Positions 41,201 through 52,427 of a stretch of 64,000 bases of DNA are shown one piece after another (positions within the stretch are counted from its first letter, which is position 1; each line of letters starts with the position of its first letter). Source of the DNA: Chlorokybus atmophyticus (Eukaryota > Plantae > Mesostigma and Chlorokybus algae); the NCBI GenBank assembly GCA_009103225.1, contig RHPI01003642.1, positions 735,099-799,098 of the forward strand. Reading direction: 5' to 3'. The position numbers and the translations under genes were made by a program. The notes beneath the pieces are model-generated. The model made no database searches and had not been told where the DNA came from. It worked only from the letters and a program-made list of their open reading frames with translations.

Positions 41201-44200
41201 TGCTTTGTCGGCGTTCTTGAATGAGACTTTCAGCTTTAGCTACCACAAGCCGCTAGAGGAATCGCAATCCAGTCTGCTCCTTTCGTTGAGTCATGCGAAG
41301 GTATGCACCTATTATGAGTACTGGTTTGTCATCTAGATACTGACATGGCTTTCAGGCGCATATTCGAGCCTTGGCCATCAATGGTCTGGCAGACATGGTG
41401 GAGCCAGACACTGATCAGCAAGAAGAGCTGCGGCGGTTCGTGCAGGATGCCATGCTGCGCATCATGCGGGAGGACGAGTCTGAGGTCGTGTTGTCCGTCT
41501 TGAACCACTCCAGACTCGTTGACATCGTCCCAGCAGAGCCTCTTTTCGAGGCGCTGTCTGCCACTCTGCAATCTGCACACGACACTGTTGTCGGGGGCAG
41601 TGCTGACAAAGCAGCCAAGCAAGCGGCGCAGAGCGTTATGAAGCAGGCTCTGCAGCTGGTTGGCACAGAGTTGGCCGCGCGCGATGACGCACCTACTGAG
41701 CGCATCGTCCTGCTTCTGCTGCAGTACTCGCTGGTGATGCCCAAGGTATACATGATGCAGAAAGGTTTTCCTGAGTGTTTCGTTTTGAGCTTGCATGCTT
41801 ACATACCTCTGGTCGGCTATCTCACCCTCTTTACGTGTCCATCCAGACAAGAAAGCGCAATTTGCAAGCGCGGAGTCTTGCCAGCTCTCTTGATCATCCA
41901 TTGATGCAAGGCGTCTCAGTTCAAGAGCAAGACAACAGTGGCAAGGTATCCTCCAAACTTTGCGCCACAAACACATCATAGCGACAAGTGCAGAGGTTGT
42001 AGTGACACAAACCGACGTTGTTCTTTTACAGGATGCTGACAAACAACTCAACGCCTCTGCTGTGGAAGCTATGGCTGGCAACATGCTTGGGGATGTCATG
42101 AACCTGCTGCCTCTCGTTGCGCAAGTTGTTTCTACAGCGCCAGAGCGCAACGCTATGTTGTTGTTGGCTCTCCAACAGTTCTTGACGCTCGTAGATCTTC
42201 AAAAGACTAAAAAGCGATCAGCAGTGCTATCATTGCTACCAACTGTGTTGGCAGCATACATGCAAGGATGGCGGTTGTTGGAAGACAAGCCGGATGCCCA
42301 ACAGCACATCCAGCCGCTGGAAGCCTTAAACCTCACAACATCAGCTAGCGACGCTGCACAGCACATTAACATAATTGATACCAAAACAGTTGCTGCGATG
42401 GTTGTGCGTGGACTGTATGGTTACATCCAGTGCATCTCATCAGGAACGACAACGGTGCGTGAAACACAAACCTGTTTTATTATATGCAGCTGGCATGTGC
42501 GTTGTTATGCTCAGATTGCTTTTTCGTCGTTGGTATGCATCCACAGGATGTCCATGTGGATGCCTTCAAGGCGCTCTCCACACCGAGGTCTGCATCGGTT
42601 TTCAAGCGTCATCTGCATTTGCTCGTCTCTGCCACAGAGTCGCCAGTGCAGTATTTGATCGACATGGTTACCTCAGAAGCGGAGAAGCGCGTCCATGTAA
42701 GACAAACAGCACAATCTGGCGTGCTCTTGATTGTTAGCAATTTTGGCTTGTCTCATTTGCATTGGCATGCGCAGGTCATGGCACTGGAGTTGTTGTCCAG
42801 TGTGTGGGACACGGCAGCTCTTGAAAACAAAGGCAGCAATGCCACATCCCCTGATGCCCTGCAGCTCGGCCTGCCAGCCTTGTTGGTGGCTTTGCGCAGC
42901 GCGGGCAGTGCTGTGCGAGAAAGTGCCGTTGTTGCATTACAAGCTCTGTCTCGCCTGGTGTCCACTGATCTAATGGTACGTTACGCTGACAACAATCACT
43001 ACGAAGCTCTCTTGTCTAATGCGCTGACTATGTTGGCGTGCAGCTGTTTGACAACCGAGAAAGCACGGATGTCTTGCTGGCAGCAGATTATCTCGTGCTG
43101 GTTGAAAGCCTTGTAGACGCGCGTGAGGGCCTGAAGAGCGATGCAGGGCATCTACCAGCTGTTCTGTCGCAGCTGCTGTTGCCCATCGATGATGATGCCA
43201 TGGATACAACGATATTTACTGGGGATGCGCAAGAACGAATTGTGGCTTGGTTAGCCACGCGCGCTGTGCAGCTACCGACAGAGTATGCACAGGTAGGCAG
43301 TTGATGCCTCTCATGTTGCACACAATATGGCGGGATTGCCGAGCCTTTCACCTCACAACTTGTCCACAGCATGCACTGTTGGCATCATTGGTGGACGCTG
43401 GCCACGACCTGCAGCAGGCCAAGGCCACGCAGTCGTTGCTGCAATCGCTTCTAGCTAAACCGGCCAGCCTCACACCAGCGCAAGCGCAGATTGTCACTGT
43501 CGTCCTACCTCACTACGCGGCTGCTGTGTCTTCAGATGCGGCCAATGTTGACTTGGCCACATTGTTCATGCGTGCGTGTGCTGCTGGAGCGCAGCAGGAT
43601 GATGGCACTTTGAGACCTGTACTCGCACAGATACAGGAGGTAGCTGTGTGCCATGTTGGTGCCTCCTTGTTTGAAGCCTTGTCTGACGACCGCAAGGTGA
43701 TGATAAAGTCCTTCACTGGCTGATGCTTGCATGTCTGACAGCAATTTCATGTTTGCACAGCAATAATACAAGTGTGTGTGGACAGGTGGAGTTGTTGTCG
43801 CATCTGCTACGTGCAGTTAACCGAGGCACAGATGTCAAGTTAAGGGCGTCCGCACGTGTTGCGCTGGAAAAGCTGCCGTTACCTGCTGATGTATATGTGC
43901 AATTCATTGTTGCGGCCAGCGGAAGTGGTGGCGATGATGCAAGCAAAACGGCTTCCAAGCGGCGCAAAACACCCGCCAAGACCACTGCGCGCAGTAACCA
44001 GCTTCCAGAGGCCTTGTCTATCTTGGCTGAACCTGATCGATTGGCACTTGCTGTTTTCGCTTTAGAAACTTTGCAGTGGAAAGGAGTATCCGGTGATCAG
44101 GTAAAGAAGTTGTGTCTGCGTCTGTCTGTCAGTCTTTGCTGCTCGCAACAGGTGTGCGGTTGTGTCTTACTGTTTTACCTTTGCCTGGCGTAGTTGGTGT

Positions 44201-47200
44201 TGGCGGCTCCGCTCTACACGCTGCTCACCCGCTTGCTGGAGGGCAACCTCGCGGTGCAGCCTGCTCCTGTTGATGGCGAGGATGCCGATGCCGGGCAAGC
44301 TGGCTCAGTCGACTTCAACTTGGAGTACATCATTCAGCTTGTGCTGCAAAATATTGAACAGATTGTGCGCGCAGCAGACGCACCCTCTACCACTACACCT
44401 GCTGGCAAGAGAGGTGCTGCTTGCCATAAGTTTTTATTGAAAGCAACCACGTCCTTAATCTGCATTCTGAGCTGTCAGTCTCACTTTTAAACTTGCTCAT
44501 GACAGGCTCGCGAGCTCAGGGAAGAAATAGCCTGGTGGATCTGTTCCAAGTAGTGCCGATAGTTCAATGCATCGAGCGGCAAAACCCTACCACGCGCAAT
44601 CACGCTGTTGCTGTGCTGGCTGCGCTGGCGAGACTCTTGCCTGATCAGGTAAACGCTTGTTGTTGACAAGTCAGTTTGAGGGCATTATTTTGCTTCTGTC
44701 TCGGCTGTTGTCAGTAACTCATGACTCCTGCCCTCCTCAGGTGCTGGAGCGCGTGCTTGATGTCTTCACTGTCATGAGCACTACCACCCTCACTCAGGGA
44801 GACGCGACATCCTTCCGCGTCACCCTTCAGATGCTGGAAGCCGTGGTTCCATCCTGGTTGGCAACCTCCCGCAACGTCACGCAGCTTCTGCAGGTCTTCG
44901 TCAACGCGCTCCCCCACATGTCACTCGATCGACGAGTACCATTGTTTGATGCACTCCTCAGGTCAGTGTCAATGTGTCGTTCTTACTGGTATGCCTGAAC
45001 GTGTATGCCTTCACGCGTGTTGACAATGCAAGCACTGCAGGGCACTGTCGGCGGATTATCTGCACACGGTGTTGTTATTACTACTGCGCGTGGTCGTACG
45101 GAGACGGGCTGAAGGAGAGGAAGGGTCTGTTGCTTGGGCGCTGGACTTTGCAGAGCAAGTGTCGCAGCTGTTTGCAGGCAGCACGCGCGTCACTGCTTAT
45201 GTTCAGCTGCTCGCAGCTGCTGAGGGAGACGACATTTCTGTGCGTGTGCTTGCGTGCACAACGATTGCATCGCACATTGCCACGAGCCAGTTCCTGCCTG
45301 CGCGCGCAGCAGTAAGTGCTGCAAACGATCAAGAGGCCCTTCATCAAGGGTATGCCAAGCTGATGGAGCGTGCACTGTTGATGGTGAGTGCGCAAAGCGA
45401 CGAGTCTTCGGAGGTGAACACTGCCGCATACAACCTCCTGGAGGGTCTTGCCACCAGGCTGGAGGATGAGACCTACATCACTGGCGTGACCTCGCTGATT
45501 GGGCACGCCAACAAGCATGTCCGTCGCAAAGCGCTGCGCTTGCTTTCTAACAAGCTGTCGCAGCTGGAGGGCGGCCGGGCGGCTGCTCCCGCTGAAGCCG
45601 CGACGTACCTGAGCAAGCTCCAGCCCGTTGCAGACCGGTTGCAAGCCCCGAAAGAGAGCAGCAAAGCAAAGCAGGCTGCGCTGTTCGCCCTACACACAGC
45701 AGCACGCGCACTCGGTAGGCAAGCCCCCGAGGCGCTGGCCTCCCTTCTGCCGCCTGTGCTGGCAAGTGTGTCTAGCGCCAACAGCAGCGTGGCCACAAGT
45801 GCCGTGACCGCTTCTGCAGGCGTGGTGGCTGCTCTGGGCACGCAGGCCCTTCCGCACCTGCCAGCCATGGTGGACAAGGTCCTGTCTATTGGCAATGCTG
45901 CTGCTGAGCAGTCTGCTGCTACGGACGATACCAATCTGCAAGAGGAACAATCGCTGCTTCTGGCAGCCTGTCTCACCGCTCTGCAGCTTCTTCTGACTGA
46001 CTTAGGACCTTTCCTTAGCCCTTATGTGCAGCGGATTGTGACATTCCTGTTACAGGTAATGCATGAGGGAGGCTTTGGTCACTTGTTGTGTGTCTGCTGC
46101 CAGAGTCCTGTTATGCTTACACTGATTTGTTGGTAACCGTGCAGCCGCATGTTATCACGTGTGAAGCCGCTGGCGTCTCTGCCACTTCCGCTGCAGTCCG
46201 CGTGCTCATCCCGGAGAAAGTGCCCACGCGCTTACTCGTGGACCCTCTCCTCGCTACCTACTCTGCAGCCGTCTCTGGCGGCGATGCTTCGCTGGTTTGC
46301 CTCTTCCAGCTGGTGGGCTCTTTAGCCTCCAGCTTAAACAGGGCTGCAGCCACCACGCATCACAAGGCGATGTTCAACTTCTTTGTGAAGGCGTTCAACT
46401 TACGTCAGCAGCAGCCTGATAGTGTCCGAGACATTGAGGAGGTTGAGACAGCCATGGTTGCGTCTTTTATGTCGCTGGTCATGAAGCTAAGCGAGAGTAC
46501 CTTCAAGCCGCTGTTCCTGACGATCCTGTCGTGGGCAACAGCCAGTGATGAAGCTCAGCCGGCCTTGACCAACAAACGTGGCCTAGTTCTGTTTCGAGTT
46601 ACCAACGCACTGGCTCACCGGCTGCGGTCGGTTTTCGTCCCTTACTTTAAGTACTTGCTGGACCTCGCAGTGAGGTTGCTCACTGCGCAACAGGTTGTGG
46701 TACCTGAAAGGAAGGCACGCTCCTCCAAGAAAGCGAAACTCGCCGCCGACGCGGTCAAAGCCATCCCTGTGGATGTGTGGCGGCTTAGAACGCTGGTCGT
46801 CCTCGCCCTGCACAAGTGCTTCTTATATGACAATGTGGGCTTCTTGGATGCGCTCAAGTACGAGCGCCTGCAGCCCTCTGTGGTTGGCCTTCTGGATGCG
46901 TATCCATCGCCCGAGGCACTCGCTCTGAGGGTCAGAGATGCGGATGGCCAAGAAGTGGGCTTCTGTGAGGCCGTCGTGCAGTGCATAGCGCAGATGGCTG
47001 TTGCCACAGGCACGGATGCGCTGTGGCAACCATTGAACCGAAGCGTCTTGATGAAGCTTCGCACTCGGAATGTCAGCACAATTGAGTGGGTGTTGAGAGT
47101 TGTATCAGAAACGGTATGTTTATCTGCATGTGCTCATTGCAGGTTCAGCTTAGCCCATCACCTATATCGCTTGTGCATCTCTATCTGGATGGTCATGATG

Positions 47201-47389
47201 ACAATTGCACCTCTCTTGCAGGTCGAGAGGCTGCAGAACAACTTCACGCCTCTCATACCAGAGACGTTGACATTCCTTGCGGAGGCCATGGAACTTGGGG
47301 GTGATCCCATTGTCAACATCGTGCGAGGGATGATCTTGCGCATGCAGGAGGTGTCCGGCGAGGACTTGCAGGAATACATGAAGTTTTAG
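38213..47389 (+). CDS. UTP10: U3 snoRNA-associated protein 10 / HEATR1 (BAP28), multi-exon
   Basis: N-terminal TALSTQLAQL...KGKPSLLYDPKEAADIDITTIYHIG, FLRLLSNYFLLSPAHKTLEFLIRRY, HEAT repeats, and a C-terminal BP28CT region (MKLSESTFKPLFLTILSWA...IPETLTFLAEAME...DLQEYMKF*). Confidence 0.97.
39172..39245 (+). ncRNA. Box C/D snoRNA, copy 1 (intronic in UTP10)
   Basis: Terminal stem TTGCC/GGCAA; box C GTGATGA 39178; guide GGATCAACCAC then D' CTGA 39208; box D CTGA 39237. Confidence 0.85.
39319..39390 (+). ncRNA. Box C/D snoRNA, copy 2 (intronic in UTP10)
   Basis: Stem TGCC/GGCA; box C GTGATGA 39324; GGATCAACCAC then D' CTGA 39354; box D CTGA 39382. Confidence 0.85.
39441..39517 (+). ncRNA. Box C/D snoRNA, copy 3 (intronic in UTP10)
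   Basis: Stem GTTTGCC/GGCAAAC; box C TGATGA 39450; GGATCAACCAC then D' CTGA 39479; box D CTGA 39507. Confidence 0.85.
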
Positions 47390-48498
47390 CTTTTTAGGTG
47401 GTATGGTGATGCCGTTGATGGTATAGGTGTTGCGATGTAGGAGTTGGCTGTCGTTGTGTAGATCTTGGAGATTAGCCCAACCACTCGTTGGGTCATCTGA
47501 ATATGCGTGTTCGTCTGCATGAGCCCGGCTGGCTTGTTGTGTGATTGTGTGCTACAGTGCCCTAGTGCCAGCTCAAGAAGCCACTGCTTGATAGAAGCAA
47601 CAAACTCTCATGATTCTTGATGCACATCAAAGGGAGCGATGACGTTAGCTTATTGTACAGCATGTAGTCGGGCATAGTTGCTAAGTGACCAACTACATCC
47701 TTTGGTAGTCATTATCATGTTGGCAACAGGCCGGGCGGCTGGTGTGTGATTTTGCAAGATATGCCTACCGCATCCATCTGACACACTTGCTCTTACACGC
47801 ATGCGCTTGGACACAAATGCGCGCGCGCCTAAGCATAGCTGGACGAAGTAAGTGCGCAACAATACAAATGCAAAAGCAGTACGGGTCTCATATTGAAAAA
47901 TTGCAGCTGTGTGCGTCGAAGTTTATAACTCGTGGTTTATACAAGCTGCGCCTCCGAAATGTTTATGCATGCAGCATGCACAGCTGCAGGCATGAAACCC
48001 CACCTAGACGATAATATCACCACTTGGAGTCCAAAAAGCTACTACACTTGCGAAAGAGCATATGCAAAAAGCCAGTGGCAAACGAGAGTCAGTTAGGGCA
48101 CTCCGCAGCATGGCATACTCATCACCTTGTTTGTCGTGTTCCCTGTTGTAGCAAGAATATCAGTACCTAGCAGGTAAGTGGGTTTCTTCTCGCATCAGTA
48201 AGGCCACGCTGAAGCTAAGGCGTTTCGCATGCAACAGAAACACAATATCACTTACATGCAAGCACTTCGCATCAAATTGTTCACAGTCGGCGCTCCACCA
48301 CGTGGAATCGGATGTCACGATGGTTATTATCATACGTTTCCTCGACCGTCAACCAACTCAACACGACAACGACACCACCGAGTCTCATGTTGGAACGGTA
48401 GACGCTTTCCAACACAAACTTCACGGCATGCAAAGCAAGTGCTAGTTGCTGCTTTGCCTCTCCGATTTCTGCACAACATAGCATCAGCATCCAATTAT

Positions 48499-48499
<1 letters not shown>

Positions 48500-48557
<58 letters not shown>
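48500..48557. repeat. (CA)n microsatellite
   Basis: About 29 AC units. Confidence 0.98.
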
Positions 48558-48559
<2 letters not shown>

Positions 48560-49134
48560 AATACTAATGTTGACTTCGCCTATAACCAGCATCGGACGAC
48601 CATAGCCATCTTCTAGCAGGCCGTCTTTGCAGTAGATCTCTAAGCGGCCATACACATCAGCTGCCAAGTGGCACCTTGTGGCCATCAGCCATATGACAAC
48701 ACCAAGTGCTGGGCCATTTGCATTTGCCAGTGCTGCAAGTAGCGAGAATGTTACTGGCCACACATTGTAAGATCAGAATTCACATGTAGCTCACCTACAT
48801 GGAGAGCCTTGTGCAGTGTACAATTGAAAGCGCTCATATATCTTGCGCATATGTTGGTTTATAAATGGCGTCACAAAACTAACAATTGACGTATAAACGC
48901 AACAGCTTTGGTGAGCTCTTTGAGGTGCATCAAACTCTAAACTCTAAATGCGATCCACTCGTGCAAAAACCATCTTGCGCATTTCTGCTCCACCTTCGCC
49001 TCACGTTCAATGACCCGACGCCAATACGCCTTCGCATGATAAGGCGCATCCTGCACAAAACATGTAGCTTTCTGCAATGAATGGACAAGCCTTGATTGTC
49101 ATATCATGGCAGCAACACACACATATGCCTTACC

Positions 49135-50056
49135 TGTAACGGGAAGGTACATTGAGTTATCACAAATCGACCATAAAAGCACCAAGTCTTTTGTGGTCGA
49201 GTGGGCTATGACATTGGTCATCGGAGCTTGAGACCCGGGTTCGATTCCTGCCTTGCACACGAATTCCGCGGTCGTTGTTTCTCGATCCAATAACATCGTA
49301 AATGGTCACTTTATGAGTGCTATCATCGATGGGTCGCGACTTGCCTAATGGCAGTCGCGCCGAACTGACCAGTTCAGTCGGCGCGGCAGGGCGCGACCTG
49401 CCTATCGCGGCGACGCGACCTGTGGGGCCGGCAGCGGCGCGATGTGCGCGCGTTGACCGGTTTGGGCCCAAATTGGCCGGTCCTTGGATGGTGGGGCCGG
49501 TGACCGACCCTAAATCAGACCCCTGGGAAGATTCCCCAGCTGATGGCCGCCAGCTGCCGAGGACGTCAGCGTTCTTAAGTGGGGGGGGAATGTAACGGGA
49601 AGGTACATTAAATTACCACAAATCGACCATAACAGCACCAAGTCTTTTGTGGTCGAGTGGGCTGTGACATTGGTCATCGGAGCTTGAGACCCGGGTTCGA
49701 TTCCTGCCTTGCACACGAATTCCGCGGTCGTTGTTTCTCGATCCAATAACCGTAAATGGTCACTTTATAAGTGCCATCATCGATGGGTCGCGACTTGCCT
49801 AATGGCAGTCGCGCCGAACTGACCAGTTCAGTCGGCGCGGCAGGGCGCGACCTGCCTATCGCGGCGACGCGACCTGTGGGGCCGGCAGCGACGCGCTATG
49901 CGAAAGCTGACCGGTATGGGCCTAAATTAGCCGGTCCTTGGCTGTGGGGCCGGTGACCGACCCTAACAAACCCCTTGGGTAACGGGAAGGTACATTAAAT
50001 TACCACAAATCGACCATAAAAGCACCAAGTCTTTTGTGGTCGAGTGGGCTGTGACA
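49135..50056 (+). mobile_element. Tandem-array TRIM (non-autonomous miniature LTR retrotransposon): LTR-int-LTR-int-LTR
   Basis: 79-bp LTRs TGTAAC...TGACA at 49135-49213 and 49591-49669, and a third at 49979-50056 lacking the first T. PBS-like TGGTCATCGGAGC after LTR1 and LTR2, polypurine tract GGGGGGGGAA at 49581-49590, and 5-bp TSD TTACC at 49130-49134 and 50057-50061. Confidence 0.88.
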
Positions 50057-50941
50057 TTACCTCAGCTTCCAACTCGCGAATCATTTGCTCAAAGTCTTCG
50101 CAGGGCGCTGCAGTGCAGCACCGTAAGCATTCAAAATGTCGTGGTCAGTTAAAAGCTTAATGCCCTTTATCTCCAAATGAGTGGCATCACCTGTGGATTG
50201 CGCCACTGCCAGCGCTTTTATCCTGAAATGTGATTTGGCTAAAATGCCCTTGGTCATTGCGCCCTGGTTGTTTAACAACTTTCCTAGTCGCTTGCTCATT
50301 TGATCAATACGATTGAGTAACTCATCACATTTGCATGCAGGATTAACCTACGTGGTGCACACCACTAGTCGGCTTGAGATTGCAGTGGTCATGCTAGCAC
50401 ACCTGACAGTAGACCGACTTACGCACACCTAATCTTCATGCTCGCCGCTGCCACAGCAAAGCACAACTGCAAGACGATTTTGGTTGGGACGGCAGAGTTG
50501 ACGAAAGCTAATAGGTGTGGATGAAGACGAGCACAACGACTTTAATGATTGAAATGAAGCGAAATTTTGTGCAGGCTAATGATAACTTGCACGGTGGAGC
50601 TTCACAACCTGTGACACCACGCGCTGATGACTCACTAACCCAGCCTAGTTGCAACCAAATCGTGGGCAAGGGACACTTCTAGCAAGCATTTAACAAACGC
50701 AGCGTACCAGAGACGCTTGCACAATGCTGCAAGCTCGAGCATCCATTTGGTGAACTTCCTTGCGTTGCAGCTAAAAACTGTCCGGTAGAAGACAATGCAC
50801 ATCGGCGACACATGCACCATCATGATGATTGTGTGCATGTACGTTAGATTGTGCATATTTCAGCCCTCAGAGCGCAATCATACCTGCCATGTGTGGTGTG
50901 TAGGTATGCACAACCTAATGCACAGCACATAGTGCAGAGAG

Positions 50942-50945
<4 letters not shown>

Positions 50946-50999
<54 letters not shown>
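50946..50999. repeat. (GA)n microsatellite ending in N
   Basis: AG run followed by N at 51000. Confidence 0.97.
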
Positions 51000-51817
51000 N
51001 AACATGCACTAGAGAAACAAGAGAGCGGAGGGAGCATGAAAGAGTTAGCAGGCGACAAGCAAAGACAAAGCAAGAGGGGCGATAAGGGCTAAGGTTGACG
51101 CCAACATAGCAACAAAGCATCAAACGACATACAAAGACAGAGCGAGAGGGAGAGGGAGTCGGAGCAGTTGCAAAACAAACAGAAACAAGTGTCACATCAA
51201 GAAGTGCAAGCACGACACCAAGGCACCTGCTGACCTAAAGCGAGGGCTTGAGCCCGTGCTAGTGCCTGCTAATCCGTCGCCGCCGGCGCCCCCCAGCGCC
51301 CATGCAGCCCCCGGCGCCGCCGCAGCTGCCGCCGTTGCCTTCGGTTGCTTGCAGGCCAAGCCTTCGCACACACTGTTATACAAGCGACTCTCGCCCTTGT
51401 ATTCTTCCGTACTGGCGTTGTCGACGACCATGGCACCGCCCGCCGGTCTGCGACTGGCGATGGTTGTCAGCATAGCGTTGAGATGCATAACGGCCAAAAT
51501 GAAGCGCACCGTGGCGGTCGGCGTGCTTGGCGTCATCATCACGGGTTGGCCAAGTCATAATGTTGGTTAATGGACTGCTATTGAGGTCACATAACACACA
51601 TTTGTGGCGTGTCGAGGACGATACTGGAATGAAGTACTTTTACATGCATAAGAGCTCCATACCATTGGCATGCATAAACTACATACAATCTTTATTTATA
51701 TAGTTCTTTATGCATTGTCTGGTGTTGCTGTGTGACTACCGTATTTAGTCGAATAAACCCCCCTGTAAAATCCATAGGGGGTGTTGTATTAGGGTACCAT
51801 TTTGCCGTAAAAGAGGG

Positions 51818-51820
<3 letters not shown>

Positions 51821-51855
<35 letters not shown>
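51821..51855. repeat. Poly-C run ending in N (probable gap)
   Basis: 35 C followed by N at 51856. Confidence 0.95.
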
Positions 51856-52427
51856 NGGGGTTTGTGTTCACAAAATACGGTTGCTAGTGACCTCATACGT
51901 ATACCCCATGTGCGAAGCTTGTTGAAGTAAGCATTATTGTTGGTATGGTGACCACGGCAGTTACACTACTGTAACCGCCGTGGTTTCTGAGAGACATTAG
52001 CACCTTCACGCGCGTAGCAACACACGGGTTGAAACATTTTCATATGCATGAGCATGGCGTGTTGCTATCGCACGCACGCCATGCTCACACACACAAACGT
52101 GACACCTAACAAAGCACCATCATCGTATATATGTATATACATGCTATATAGCATGAACGGAGATGAACGGAGATGAACAGAGAAGGTGCGCACCACAATT
52201 GTGTGCGCACTGCACAGGGGAGAAAGAAGTGCAGGCCGATGAGGGTAACGCCGAGAGGCAAGGCACATGGGCGGGGCCGGACGAAAAACAGTTAGGGTTA
52301 TGCGTGCGCTTGCGACAGCAGGCATGAGGAGAGAGGGGAGGCGTGAGGAGATAGAGCGAGAGGGGTAGGAGGAGGAGGGGCGCATTCACATGCTGCTTGT
52401 GCACAAACACCGCTGTGTGCCGTTGCT

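Larger units (their letters stand above)
48281..50856 (-). pseudogene. Unidentified multi-exon gene relic interrupted by the TRIM
   Basis: Splice-compatible exons KCDELLNRIDQ...AQST|APCEDFEQMIRELEAE|DAPYHAKAYWRRVIEREAK..., plus a coding-like segment at 48560-48763. In-frame stops are present and no family was recognised. Confidence 0.35.

Noticed and set aside
41946-42030. GTATCCTC donor as a U12-type intron in UTP10
   Set aside because: It does not match GTATCCTT fully, and there is no TCCTTAAC branch site.
48900-49040. TAG/TAA-to-Gln reassignment, as in some ulvophytes, to explain in-frame stops
   Set aside because: UTP10, MAPK, SPCS2 and FabZ end at TAG/TAA where their conserved C-termini end, so the standard code applies.
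49187-49260. tRNA gene call
   Set aside because: There is no acceptor or anticodon stem pairing, and it lies across an LTR/PBS junction. Reported as tRNA-like only.
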